The position numbers and the translations under genes were made by a program. Under the pieces are notes generated by a model, which did no database searches, had not been told where the DNA came from, and worked only from the letters and a program-made list of their open reading frames with translations. A stretch of DNA of 63,770 bases, filler included, from Asterionella formosa (Eukaryota), in NCBI GenBank assembly GCA_002256025.1. It is 19 parts of 19 records of this genome, joined end to end, with 100 filler letters (N's around TTAATTAATTAA, not from the genome) between each part and the next. Parts side by side here need not be neighbours in the genome. Positions count along the whole stretch, not along the records: positions 1 to 1,255 come from NKIB01003387.1; positions 1,356 to 21,706 come from NKIB01003388.1; 17 more parts are not named here. One strand, given 5' to 3'. Of this stretch, positions 1-12,610 are shown piece after piece (within the stretch, counting starts at the first letter, position 1; every line of letters begins with the position of its first letter).

Positions 1-1255
1 TTGTGTGTTATTGCTGCAACATGACATGATGACCATTCTATGGCGTTAGTCATTGTTCCAAATTTGAGATTTGGATACAATCTCAGTCTATATTAATCCC
101 CAGTCAATGATGATGTTCAACTTCATGCAGTGGTCGCATAGTTGTAAAGTTATGTAATATCCAGTAGTAGAAACCTATCATTTTAATATTGTGTCTTTAT
201 GCTGCAACATGACATGATGACCATTCTATGTCGTTTGTCATTGTTCCCATTTTATGATTTGGATACAATCTCAGTCTATACAACTACTCAATCAATTGAG
301 ATGTCCAGCATCATGGAAAGGTCTCGTAGTTGTAAAGTTATGGAATATCCAGTAGTAGAAACCTATCATTTGAATTTTGTGTGTTTTTGCTGCAACATGA
401 CATGATGACCATTCTATGGCGTTTGTCATTGTTCCCATTTTGAGATTTGGATACAATCTCATTCTATACAACTACCCAATCAATTGAGATGTCCAACATC
501 ATGGAGTGGTCGCATAGTTGTAAAGTTATGTAATATCCAGTAGTAGAAACCTATCATTTGAATTTTGTGTCTTTATGCTGCAGCATGACATGATGACCAT
601 TTTTTGGCGTTAGTCATTGTTCCCATTTTGTGATTTGGATACAATCTCATTCTATACAACTACCCTGTGAATTGAGATGTCCAACATCATGTAGTGGTCG
701 CATAGTTGTAAAGTTATGTAATATCCAGTTGTAGAAACCTATCATTTTAATATTGTGTCTTTATGCTGCAACATGACATGATGACCATTCTATGGCGTTA
801 GTCATTGTTCCCATTTTGTGATTTGGATACAATCTCATTCTATACAACTACCCAATCAATTGAGATGTCCAACATCATGGAAAGGTCTCGTAGTTGTAAA
901 GTTATGGAATATCCAGTAGTAGAAACCTATCATTTGAATTTTGTGTGTTATTGCTGCAACATGACATGATGACCATTTTATGTCGTTTGTCATTGTTCCC
1001 ATTTTGAGATTTGGATACAATCTCAGTCTATACAACTACGCAATCAATTGAGATGTCCAACATCATGGAGAGGTCTCTTAGTTGTAAAGTTATGTAATAT
1101 CCAGTAGTAGAAACCTATCATTTGAATTTTGTGTGTTATTGCTGCAACATGACATGATGACCATTCTATGGCGTTAGTCATTGTTCCAAATTTGAGATTT
1201 GGATACAATCTCAGTCTATATTAATCCCCAGTCAATGATGATGTTCAACTTCATG
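1..1255. repeat. 188-bp tandem satellite, about 6.7 diverged monomers filling the whole contig
   Basis: The unit TTGTGT..GCTGCAACATGACATGATGACC restarts at 1, 189, 377, 565, 753, 941 and 1129. Bases 1-127 are identical to 1129-1255. Confidence 0.97.
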
Positions 1256-1355
1256 NNNNNNNNNNNNNNNNNNNNNNNNNNNNNNNNNNNNNNNNNNNNT
1301 TAATTAATTAANNNNNNNNNNNNNNNNNNNNNNNNNNNNNNNNNNNNNNNNNNNN
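1256..1355. other. Artificial contig linker (44 N + TTAATTAATTAA + 44 N), first of 18
   Basis: The same 100-bp block also starts at 21707, 23061, 24415, 25769, 46197, 47550, 48903, 50256, 51609, 52962, 54315, 55666, 57017, 58368, 59719, 61070 and 62421. TTAATTAATTAA gives stops in all six frames. Confidence 0.99.
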
Positions 1356-1856
1356 ATAGTGAAGTCCTTCTTGCCATTCCTGTACCCTGACACTTTAAAT
1401 CTCACGCAAATTTTTCGAAGTACCTTGACAGATATATGTTTTATGTCGATTCCTTTTATATGAATCAATCCCAGCCCACTTTCATCCAGAATAAAGTCAT
1501 CTGGTACTATGAGCGAGTTGACGAACTCATCAATATTGGCTAGCCAACCGGGAAAGGGTTTCCTCTTTTCAGGGGGACCAATCTCGTTAATGTCAAGAAG
1601 TGTACCAGTAGTTGCAGGTACGACATTTTCGGATGGATCCATCTCGTCAATGTCGAGCCGCCAGTGTGTCAGCAGTTGGAGGTATTTTCATTTCAGGTGG
1701 AGGAACCATCTCGTCAATGTCAGTTGGATCAGCAGTAGACAACTCAACAATATCTTCGACGTCCTCATCAGCTACAACGCATTGCTTCTCTTCCGAATCA
1801 ATGCGAATAGAGGCAGCATCAGGAGTTTCAGCCGTACCCACTACTTTGCTGCTCAT
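1356..1856 (-). pseudogene. Partial or frame-split ORF, probably a transposon accessory protein (inside a Harbinger-like end)
   Basis: Two consecutive out-of-frame ORFs (1856-1647 acidic; 1642 to the contig end, ...KVLRKICVRFKVSGYRNGKKD) read inward from the TIR at 2599. Confidence 0.35.
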
Positions 1857-2389
1857 TGCGCCAATTAATCGAGATATAGTCGATGTTGGAAGATTGGTAT
1901 AGAGTTGAGCGGACTACTGATTCTTGTATGACTCACGAAGCTGAAAGGTAATGTATACAGAGTACCATAGTATATGTTAAAGTATCTAGTACTCTTGAGA
2001 AGTATACGTCTATACTTCACTCTCAGCTAGCTATTTCTCGTGATCTACTTCTAGATCTTTAGTAAACGTCAGAAACTCACTTTCTGCTTTACTTTATTGT
2101 GAGCTTTCTACTACTTAGAATAAGCTCCTTCCTAAGATCCATTTTCGATCTTTCAACTTCTACTTCAATCATCTCGTCATCGTCTTTACCAAAACAATTC
2201 TGTGGTCCCTGGGAGCCACATTTACTATAAGACATAGTTGGAGCATAATCATAGTTCGAGTCACTTTTGTGACTCGACTCAAATGATCCCTTCACTATTT
2301 GTCAAGTATATATATAACAAAAAATAGTTGGCGCAATATTTAATAGTGTTGTTCTTGCCTATTTACAGTTATTTTATCAGTGGCAATGG

Positions 2390-2599
2390 ACGTGATACAC
2401 AGTGATCAACGGCTTGATCAGTGATACAGCATTGGTCAGGGGTCCAAAAACTGTATCAGTGATACACCCATGATACACCGGTGATCAGACCAAAAAAACC
2501 GTTGGTGATACACAAAAAAAAACCAAACCGCCATTTTTGTATCATATTTCGGCGATGATACACCAATGACAACAAATAACAGAATGATAAGAACGGCCC
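2390..2599 (-). mobile_element. Terminus of a PIF/Harbinger-like DNA transposon (TIR GGGCCGTTCTTATCAT, flanked by TTA)
   Basis: ATGATAAGAACGGCCC at 2584-2599 is followed by TTA. The identical 16-mer at 58687-58702 is followed by TAA. Both are preceded by multiple TGATAC(A) subterminal motifs. TWA flanks are typical of PIF/Harbinger. Confidence 0.65.
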
Positions 2600-2932
2600 T
2601 TAATCAAAAGCCACGTCTGGCAGGCATGAGATGATACATTGGGAGTGTGTCGAAACTGAAAAGGAGGTGCGCATAAAACGTGCACTACCGGACCTTTCAG
2701 GTATACCTGGTACCAGGTACCAGTGCCATCCTTCGATGATAGTACAAAATAATAGCTAACCAGCGAATTGAATTCTCGCAGACACGAAAAACAAATGACA
2801 GGGCAGGAGCAGAACCTATAGTAGGATTCATTCAGCCGAAGTTACAAACACGGTCCTATTGTGCCTTCGAGGTTGACCTCGTTCATTTCTCTTCTTTGCT
2901 GATCTCCCACGCAGCCCAATTCACGAAACACA

Positions 2933-4886
2933 ATGCAGCTTATCTTCGTATCTTCAATAATCCTTGTCGCTCTAGTGAGAGCAGAAGAAAACGCCCAATG
3001 CGGCATCTACCTTGCAGAATCGTCTACATCTCACTCGGGGGGTAACAAATGGGGCCTTTTTGCTGGAACAGAATTCACCAAGGGCGCGGCAGTTGGTACC
3101 CCGGAAATCGCCATTCCAACTTTGAATCTCGAGAGCTCCCATGATGTGATCGGCGCTTCGCAATCCACTGCTTTAGCAACGGTGGAGTTTCTCCAACAAA
3201 GCATTTGGGTTCCCGATGCGACAGGAGGAAAATTCGATTCAGCAGGGCGTATCGTGTCAGCGATTTCTGGCTCTGGAATGCTTGGAGCCTTCAATGTGAA
3301 GTTGACGAATGTGGAGTGGAACCATTTAAGTGCCTACCATCGGCCCTCCTTGGGAGAGTCTCCTGGCGTGGCTCATGAAGGCAGGGGTGCCTTCTCTAAT
3401 TTCTACAACATAGCCTTGAGGAGCAAAGATACAATTTTGGCGGGGACCGAAATTTTTGTGGATTATGGAGAGAATTGGGTGAGTTTGTCATTTTTATCCG
3501 AGATCGATGTAAACACACTTCTCTAACCTTGCAGCACTTATTCAGGAAGACGAGCAAAACGACGAAGAATTGAGCAAATCGGACTATGCCAAAATGGATG
3601 TTGTCATCAATCAAATTGTAGAATTCATGGAAAAGTACAAGGAAGAACTTGACGAGACGCAAAAGACGGAAGTATACAACTTTCTTGTCAAAGATATTCT
3701 CAGTGCAGCCGCAGGGCCGACCAAGGGCCGCCTCATTGCATCCTTGCTTCCGACCAGCCCAGATGATCTGTCAAAAGTCAACGAAATAGGTGGATCGCTT
3801 ATGTACTCAGAGCCCTCATCAAAGCGTTCGATAGAGTGGTTGCAGAAGAACGGATTTTGTATGGACAACATAAAGGTTGGTGCTTCGACTATTAAGCATG
3901 CTGGGCGTGGGGCGTTTGCCCAGCGGACCATGAAACAAGGATTCACTATTACTCCAGTCCCATTGCTACACTTGCCTGAAAAATCTGTAATGGAAATGTA
4001 TCATGTGGAGCAATCCCGAGGTGAAAACAACAAACTGTTTTGGCATCGTTCATCAAGTGAGCCTTTTGGAAAGCAGTTGCTACTGAATTACTGCTTTGGA
4101 CACCCGGAATCCAACATGTTATTTCTCCCTGCTAGCTCGGGTTCCTCATTCATCAATCACTCGCCTACTCCCAACGCAAAACTGGTTTGGTCTGAACATC
4201 CACTCCATCAGAAAGACTGGTATGAGTTGGACCCTGAAACGCTTGTTGATGAGGATCATCAATATTTGGGCCTTCTGATGGAGATTGTCGCGACTCGGGA
4301 TATTGAAGAGGACGAAGAAATATTTTTGGATTACGGAAGCGAATGGCAAACGGCATGGGATGAACACGTTACTTCTTGGAAGGATGCATTAAAAGATGGC
4401 GAGATTACGAACCCATGGCCTATCAGAGCTTTGGACTTAAATGATGAATTCAAGACCAAGGGCTACATGACAAAGGCTGAATTGGAAGATAATCCTTACC
4501 CAGAAAATATTCGGCAAATGTGTTTTCTGGTTGTTCAGACTATGCCCAACGCGGAACCAAATGTCAAGTTGTGGGCCATGTCTAACGATGGTGACACTAC
4601 CTATGACACTCAAAATTTGTTCGACTGTACAATTATGGAACGTATTGCAGTGGATGATCCTGTGGAAAATAGCCTTGCGTTTAACTACACGATTGAACGG
4701 GTGGACGAAGAGACAAAAAAAGTCACTATTGTGCACAATGTTCCTCACTTGGCCATTACATTCTTGGATCAACCAGACACTGGGGATCAGTGGGTAACCA
4801 AGGGAGCCTTCCGTCATTTCATTGGTATTCCTGATGAAATCTTCCCCCGAGGACCTTGGCGGGACGCCTCTCCTGCACAGAAATAG
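2933..4886 (+). CDS. Secreted tandem SET-domain protein (diatom BacSET-like), 2 exons, about 628 aa
   Basis: Signal peptide MQLIFVSSIILVALVRA. Exons 2933-3478 and 3546-4886 are joined in frame by a GTGAGT...TTCAG intron. SET motifs: AGRGAFA, FINHS, ATRDIEEDEEIFLDYG, plus an earlier GTEIFVDYG. Confidence 0.85.
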
Positions 4887-5303
4887 TGAGATTCGGCATG
4901 GACTCATCCAAATTTCATTGCATTATCCCGACTGGATTATTATTGAGAGTGTTAACACTTGTTGCATTGAATGATGAAAGAATATGTAGAGTCAAGTGCC
5001 CCAAAATTTGAGCACACTAGTAGACCATGATTTTATTTCTAATATGTAGTTTCAGATGACTGTGATTGTAAATAGTTTTCATTTGTCTTAATTTTCTGGT
5101 CTGGCATATAGATTAGGTGAGAAAACAGTCAACAAAAAATATTTTCAACTTCAACATGGTTGCTTGTTGTGGAGATGGGGGACCAGTACTGTATAAGAGA
5201 TGAGGGTGTTTGAGGTGGATGGGAGTAGTAGTGAACTGGAGCCAGAGCAGGAGGTTCTAGCAGACATCCAAACAACTTTTGGTACCTTGAAACAATTACC
5301 TCT

Positions 5304-5916
5304 ATGATCCATTATATAATTCATGAACTTCATCCAACTGATGCAAAGGTTATATTTGATCTGGATGAGAACCCAGAAAATACATACCAAGGTGATTGTC
5401 ATCCACTTCATCATGACAGTATCTATGTGCTAATTGTTTATTGCAAAAGATCAGATGAGGAGGAAAACAACCATTTTGTGCATTATCTTTTTGCTATAAA
5501 TGATGGATTATTATGTCAGGTCTGTGATCCAGGAAAAGATGCAAGTGTGGATGAACATTATGATCAAGTATTTCACCTTGCTCATAAGTACTGTATCATC
5601 CTCGCTGGATGCACCAAACAATTGGTTTTGTTATTCACCAATACAGGATATCTTCCACAAAAAATCCCATATTCCTGAAGAAATTGGATTTTTGGAATCT
5701 TTCTATACTGGCACCAAAGCACCATTGCAGATCATTATGGCCACTGAACATGATTCCATGTTATTTCAACCAGAAGATGATAGTGGATGGTCATGTGGAC
5801 CATTTACAATTTTGAAAGTGTTGGAAACTCTATCACTATTAGAATGGAATGGGAAAACCAAATTTCTTGGCAACCAGGCACAATTCCATTTGAAGACAGA
5901 GTCCTGGAAAGTTTAA
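5304..5916 (+). pseudogene. Decayed Ulp1/C48-like cysteine protease fragment
   Basis: Frame-split ORFs give HFVHYLF...VCDP (His, Asp) and FQPEDDSGWSCGPF (Gln and catalytic Cys motif Q-x(5-7)-CG-x-F). The region is CpG-poor. Confidence 0.45.
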
Positions 5917-6093
5917 AAATGTTAGGTGGTAGAAACAGATGAAACAGACGATTTGTTATCTATTGCAACTAGAAAGGAATGGGAAAACCAAATTTCTTGG
6001 CAAGCAGGCACAATTCCATGTGGAGACGGAGTCCTGGAAAGTTTTAAAACGTCAGGTGGTGGTAGCAACAGATCAAACAGACGATTTGTTATC
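5841..6093 (+). repeat. Tandem duplication of about 130 bp
   Basis: GGAATGGGAAAACCAAATTTCTTGGCAA...GAGTCCTGGAAAGTTT...AAACAGACGATTTGTTATCT occurs twice, from about 5841 and about 5971. Confidence 0.9.
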
Positions 6094-6313
6094 TGACACA
6101 CCTGACCCACCAAACAAGTCAACATACTTTCATCTTGGAACAGTTAGGCATCAAGTGTCAACAACAAATTCTAATGAGCATATGTTTCAGTTGGAAATAA
6201 CTGTTCTTCAATTTTGTATCAAAAAATTTTGTGCTCCTATTTAGATTTAAAATGTTAAACAAAGTATTTGGACGAGTTCCTTGCAATTCTTTTCTTAAGC
6301 GGGATGATGTTGT

Positions 6314-9300
6314 CTAATGAGCTTCATACCTTCCATCAAAATATTTCGTTGCTTTTGCCTTGAGCAGCAATTTCATCAGATGATCAAAGTAAACTGGTGG
6401 AAGGTAATTCTTGTTAAGAAATAATATGAGTTCTAATTCGTTTGGATGCATAATTAGAGAATGTTTACTTGGAAGTTGAAATTGAGGAGTAAGGGGCGCG
6501 CATTTCCATTGCATTTTCAGGGAGAAAGCCGGTGTGATCTTGAAAATCTGAATATTGCATGGTTTCTGAATTCAATCCTTGGGGAGATTTTAGTCTCAAT
6601 TGTTCGTCTTGTTGTGACTGAATATTGTTCTAAACTGAATCGTCACTGTCATCATGAAATGGATGATTGTGGCCACTTGATTCAATGATAGGACACATAA
6701 TCTCTTCTTGTTGTCTACTCTCCCTAAATGCTGCAGCAGTTACACTGCCATTAACTTCTTTCCTTGAATGATTTGATGCACTACGGCAATACATGGTTTC
6801 ATTATGTATTCAATGAACTCAATGTTCTTGCATGCAATGTTGACAGTGACCATCTGCATGAAAAACACGGTCGCTACAATTTTGATTGTGAGACTCAGAT
6901 GGGGATTCGTTCTTCCGAAATTTGTAGTTACACAGATAACACCATTGCAATGTCCGCAAAGATATTGCGAATTTCAAATGATGACCAAGTCAGGATATGA
7001 AAAGGATAGAATGAAAATGAATTAATAATAATAAATTTAGCATCACTCCGATCAAGCTGTGCTGGACAATACAGAGTCGTGAAATTATCACTCCACCATA
7101 GTAGTAAAATGGAGGTATACCACTACATATAGTACAGGCGGCACTAATAGTAGTATAGAGCAGCATCAATGTTTTCCTAACATCTATGATATGGTTTGTG
7201 CATTGTAGAAGTCTCACACTAACTATATTTAATATGTAACTACTAAGTATGCATTGGATTCTATTAGATCCATTCAAAATCAACGTCATCATCCATGTCC
7301 TGTTGATTAATGCGTTCGTTGTAATCAATATTCTTCTCAGGAACATTTGGTTGAAGTGGTTCAACATATTGATGCATATCCTCTTCGCTTACATTGGTGG
7401 GAAATGAGAAGTATGAGTGTGGGTAGATGATATTTGTTGTGGAAATAGCAATTCCACTAGGATTCCTTCCATATTCAGATTGATTCTATCACAAGTGTAG
7501 ATTTCCTTATAATAACCGAAAAAAACATCACTCCATTGATCAGTGAGACCATGGCATTTGAAACTGAACTTTCTTCCCTCACACTTTTTTTGATAAGTGG
7601 ACTGGTTTCCCACCAATGTCGACAAAATCAGTAGAATGACGAATATCGTTCACTGAAATTTCCTGCGTATCTGGATTGAAACCCAAATATTTTTGTTGCA
7701 ATCGGAATTTTCCTTTCAGCACCAAGAAGCAAAATGCTTCTGTACTGGCATTGATCAGCGAACCAACAAAACGTGATCGCAATTCACATTTTGCCCAAAG
7801 ACTGAGTTGAAATTTGGCGTGGTCACACCAGATTTGTCTCCTGTTAAAAATGGTTCTCCACGCCCTGTCCTGCCTATAAAATACACTGGAGCAAGAACAT
7901 CACGCCAGACTTGGTATCCTTGGCTTCCCCTGTCAATGTCCTTTGACTGCGCAAAACGATAAAGCGTGAACGCCCACCTAATAAAGTCATCAATATCCAT
8001 AGTCTGGAAGTTATATTCTGTTAGACCAGCTGGTGTGTGATGAATTATGAAAGCATTTTTAATTCAAACAATTTTGATAAGAATATAATCACCGACTCAA
8101 AACGTCATGCTTTCAGAGCATCTCCAGCCCTGCAAGAACTTACCTAAGACCCCATAACATTGATTATTTGAGACATTCTGTCATTCTCTCAACTTTTTAA
8201 TGCACATGCCATCAAATGTTGATTTGATGTAATCTAAACGTGCCTTGTTGGTACGTTCAATGGTCTGATTCATCGGAAGTAGTGCATCAGAACCATTCCA
8301 TATGAAATCGGCAAGCTCTGGGTCACTCTCCACTTCGTTGCCTAACTCCGGTTTCACTGTGTATAACTGAGTTAGGCAACATTGGGAAAACCAATCCTGT
8401 TTGTGATTGGAAATGCCTTTCATACTACTTGGACCAGATAGGCAGGGCGGGATGTTTGATTCTCTTTTGGGACCAGAAAAAAGCACATTAGATTGATTTT
8501 CTTTTTTACAGTACCTGCAATTCGCGAACTATAACATCAAACTTACATTTTCATAGCAAAGCTTCTTGGTCTTGGTATTAAAACTCACAACCTTTGTGAC
8601 AATTGATGGTTCAATTTTAGCTAAGCGGGAACGACGTTCTGATAAGGCTGCTGAAATAGAAGATTCTTGATAACCTTGTATGGACGAGTTTTGAACCGAA
8701 TTACGACCTTTGTAGTGATTGAGTTCATTGACCAATTGATAATATTCTTATGGCATGGAACCATAGTCGTCCATCTGCATCCGGGAGTTGTTTTTGATGC
8801 TATTATCGACTGAAGCCATTTTTTGTAGCAGCAACTTAAGAAAAACGTCATCATCGCTTTCAGTATCAATGAGGGGATCAGAACCGAGTTTGAGTAATAG
8901 CATATCGTGCTTTCAATTTTACGATCATACAATCCTGAAACTGCTGTCCAGCTGCAGTAGCAAGAGTCCTGAATATATGGTGTTCTGTTGCTCCCTTACT
9001 CCTCTGACCTCTCCCACTTCCTCTCTGCTACTGGTACTCTGTATATATATATATGATAAATTGTTATGATCAGCTGCCAAAATCCTTGCATATAAAAAAT
9101 GATAAAAATGGGTTGTGACTTACACCAATTTAATGGTCTAAATAATTAGTTCCAACGGACGTAGAAAATATTGATGCAGACGAATTTCAGAAACAGTACC
9201 GGTACATGAAGTTTTGGAAAACAATGGACATATCATGCATTGAATATTTTCGAATTATGTATATGCAAATATGATCATCTCAATAATACAAGATGTGCCA

Positions 9301-10024
9301 TGTTGAGAGTGCCTTTGAATTTTATAAATGTACGACACTTCTATATCAATCATTTTTATAGCACATTCTAAATATTCTATTTCTAGAGTTGCCGTCATTG
9401 CGCTCCATGGCCTATATAAGGTGGGGCGGGGAAAGTGTTGGTTGGTAGTCACTTCCTCATGTGGAAGTAGTTTAAAAAACATTTTTGAGGTAGATTTGTT
9501 CTTGGTTCAGTTCTCTATGACTGCACTTCTTGTGTCAGCTGGAGAATAGGATGGTGAGTGTGGATTGGTTTAAAGATTTCCTGTTTTGCTCCAATTCAGA
9601 TGATTCCATTTGAAGTCTCCAAAACCATTGGTGATCCCAGGGCTTCCAACTCATTGTTTTTGTCTTTGTCTTCATTGTCTTCGTTATCACAAAAATTATT
9701 GCTTTGAGCAACACATCTAGCTCTGGCGCAACTTCTTCATCAGTGACTTCTTCATTTCTCTGTCTTCTTCTTTATTCTTGTTAATGTCTGGAATATCGCC
9801 ATTCTTGTAGTCTTCTGCTTCTTGCACTGTAATAGCGCTCACTATAGTGAAAAAGGTGTTGAACTTCTTTTCTCTTGATACTATCTTTGCCTGGTTTGTG
9901 TTGTGTTGATTCAATTGCTGTGCATTCTTTTTTTGTCGGATTTCGTTACTATCTTATGGTGCTGTCCCATATGTGAGTTTTTCTTTCTTTGCCTGGTTGG
10001 ACGCTTGGATAGCGCCTTTCGTCA
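6314..10024 (-). pseudogene. Chain of broken minus-strand reading frames of unknown family (decayed large element)
   Basis: Abutting frame-shifted ORFs at 8932-8529, 8486-8181, 8000-7389 and 6514-6314. A Cys/His-rich segment WCYLCNY...HNQNC...HCQHC lies at about 6830-6945 and is followed by TGA stops. Further fragments lie at 9255-10024. Confidence 0.4.
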
Positions 10025-11591
10025 TGGTGAATCGGTCGTTTTTAGGATTTATTAACTATTGGGACCCGGAGGCCCCTATAGCTTATGTACCACTAAATTC
10101 TGTGATCAGCGCTGCAGTACTGTAGTAGTCTTTCTTAAACTTGCCTTTATACTTGGCCAAAAAGTGTAAATGTACGACACTTAATATATTTACAAATTTA
10201 CAAATTTTATAACTATATAAATGGCAAATATATTTGATATCGTTCTGACATCATGTTAACAAACAATGCCTACTTCGTGAAAAGATATATCATAGCAAAA
10301 AATATCACAAGGAAAGTTTACGCTATAACGAAAACATTGTGGCTTCGAGACATTGCACCTTCGAATTATGGAGTATGTTTAAGGTAATGAAGCCAACAAT
10401 GTGGTACGTGAATGACAATCATTGGGAGGACAACAACAAATAGTAAACTAAACGCACTTTTCCTTTCTTCTCAGTTGATTCAATAGCTCATTTCGCTTGT
10501 TGGGGAGCACCAATGTAAAACAAAACAAAATTGGTAAGTGGTTCTCTTGTCCTTGGATCTATTCACGTTGGAACATAACTGATGGACACGTTTTCCTTCT
10601 TTCAAAGTTAAGCTAATGAAAATGAAGTTTTATTCGACAGCATTGGATACCTGATATCTACTTATTCAAGAATTTACTGACAATTAATATTACAGACATA
10701 TGCATCACTTGCTTTGATTTGTGGTAAGTGAAGCAAGAGGACACAATGGAATTGCGTGGTGTTGTTCAGTGTAACATGACTAGTTAACATGTCATTCCTT
10801 CTCATTGTTACTGTAACTGCATAGGACAATAAAACCAATCAAACAACGGAATAGTCGGCGAGTTCAGAGTGTCGCTCACAGCAGGGAGAGAGATGAGACA
10901 TTAAGCACCGCATGGCACAAGATTCAGAATAGAGGAAGAAAAGGGCGAGACAGGAACAATATACATTGAGCCGAGTGGAGAGAGAAACATTGGGTTGCTG
11001 GGCTGTAGAAACAGAAATAGCATTGCTAAATTTGATAGCTAAATTACAATCCATTTCAATCTATTTTGAACAAAGTTTGTGATTAGAATTATGATCATGT
11101 TTAGGATAGATATGATAGAGTATAGTTGCGCTGATTTTAGGATGCATTGTAGTAATGGTTTATATTTGACGATCAAGAGAACTGAAAATAAAATGAGAAG
11201 GCTTATGATATTGATAATAAATGTTGTTGATCAGTTGATATACATTGTGTGATGATAATGTTCTTATTATCATTATACTTCAAGCTTGGTAACATATTAA
11301 TAAATCATCATAGTTACAGGATACCTTGATCATAGTTTTGATCCACAAATTATCATATATATGAAAATCCTGTGCCACTTAGTAGCATACAATACCCTTG
11401 ATCCTATATGCATGATACTTTTTATTTGAAGACGATGAATCTTAAAAAAATTTAAGCCTATAAACTTATTGCCATGTAAACCACCAGAAACCTACAGTTC
11501 TGCAGATTTAAATTAACTTTTCAAATATGAAATATCCGTTGAATTGATTTAGGGGCAAGGGATTGAAAACCCAGACTGATTCCAGTCTCTT

Positions 11592-12606
11592 AGCTAGGGT
11601 TGCCGAAATTCACTGGAACTAAGAATTTATATGAGCTATTTTTGAATGACATGATTCCGTTTGAAATTTTCAAATCAGTGGAAATTTGCGCATAGGTACA
11701 TAGAATTCTTTTTGAAATAGCTAAATAAATATATAGATATTGTGCATGACTGTATGTATATGTACCAACAATTATTTTTCTTATATACGACCCGGCGGCT
11801 CCAGCAATTATTTGAAAGTGCAATCAACAAGTGGTACTACCGGGTACCACACGTATGATGTCCAATGATGAACATATACTGGTACCCGCACTGGATTTAG
11901 TACCGGCCTACCGGTAAACCCAAAGAAATGTTACATGTGTATCCAATGTGGCCGGTGTGCTGGGTGTGCAATTCCTCTCACAATTAAACGGAGTCGAGTA
12001 TTTCGCCATAGCCAATCAGTACATATATAAGACTGCGAGCACGTACAATGGAATTTTTGGTACTGGAAATTTTACGACTAAATATTGCATCACAAGACTA
12101 CCATTCCAATGATGACGTTTCGGCGCTAAGTGATTCTGATTCCGATGATTCGGAGACCGTAGAAAAGGCCGATTTTGTCGAATTTTTGGACAACGATAGC
12201 TCAACGTTGGCTAGGTCTGAAACCGATTTAGATACATAGGTAACCTTCAAATAGCATCAGTATATAACTTCTGGCGAGAAACTGCAGAAAGGAACTTCGG
12301 TTTTTTACTATGCCAAATAAAGTGATTTCCCCCGAAATTTCTAGTCTTTATAGCATAGTTAAAAAACCGAAGTTCCTTTCTGCAGTTTCTCGCCAGATCC
12401 TATATCCTGACGATATATAGCGTTGACCTGTGCCCCTACTTTTGTCAATGACTGTATCTAAGCATATGGAAAGGGTTTATATTGGTGAAAGCTCCGTTTA
12501 GCGATACACATTTATGTTTTACTCGTAAGAAGTGTGTGTTTGAGTACTCTGACTCAATGTTATTTTTTTAACCCTACCTCTAAGCTAGGGTTGAAATGCA
12601 GGAACC
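11592..12606 (+). mobile_element. TTAA-flanked TIR element, copy A (left end truncated); Kolobok-like non-autonomous
   Basis: Colinear with 17092-18117 and 18122-19346. Right end CTAGGGTTGAAATGCAGGAACC|TTAA. Internal hairpin at 12271-12396. Confidence 0.8.
12048..12239 (+). CDS. Small acidic ORF (63 aa) inside the TTAA element
   Basis: MEF...DDVSALSDSDSDDSETVEKADFVEFLD. A homologous frame is present in the other copies with many third-position changes. CCAAT (12012) and TATATAA (12024) lie upstream. Confidence 0.35.
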   Translation: MEFLVLEILRLNIASQDYHSNDDVSALSDSDSDDSETVEKADFVEFLDNDSSTLARSETDLDT

Positions 12607-12610
12607 TTAA

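Noticed and set aside
1..1255. CRISPR-like array
   Set aside because: The whole 188-bp unit repeats and there are no unique spacers or cas genes. It is a satellite.
1256..1355. Recurrent TTAATTAATTAA as a biological motif, and ORFs ending in X...LIN
   Set aside because: It is an artificial six-frame-stop linker. ORFs running into it are truncated by contig ends.
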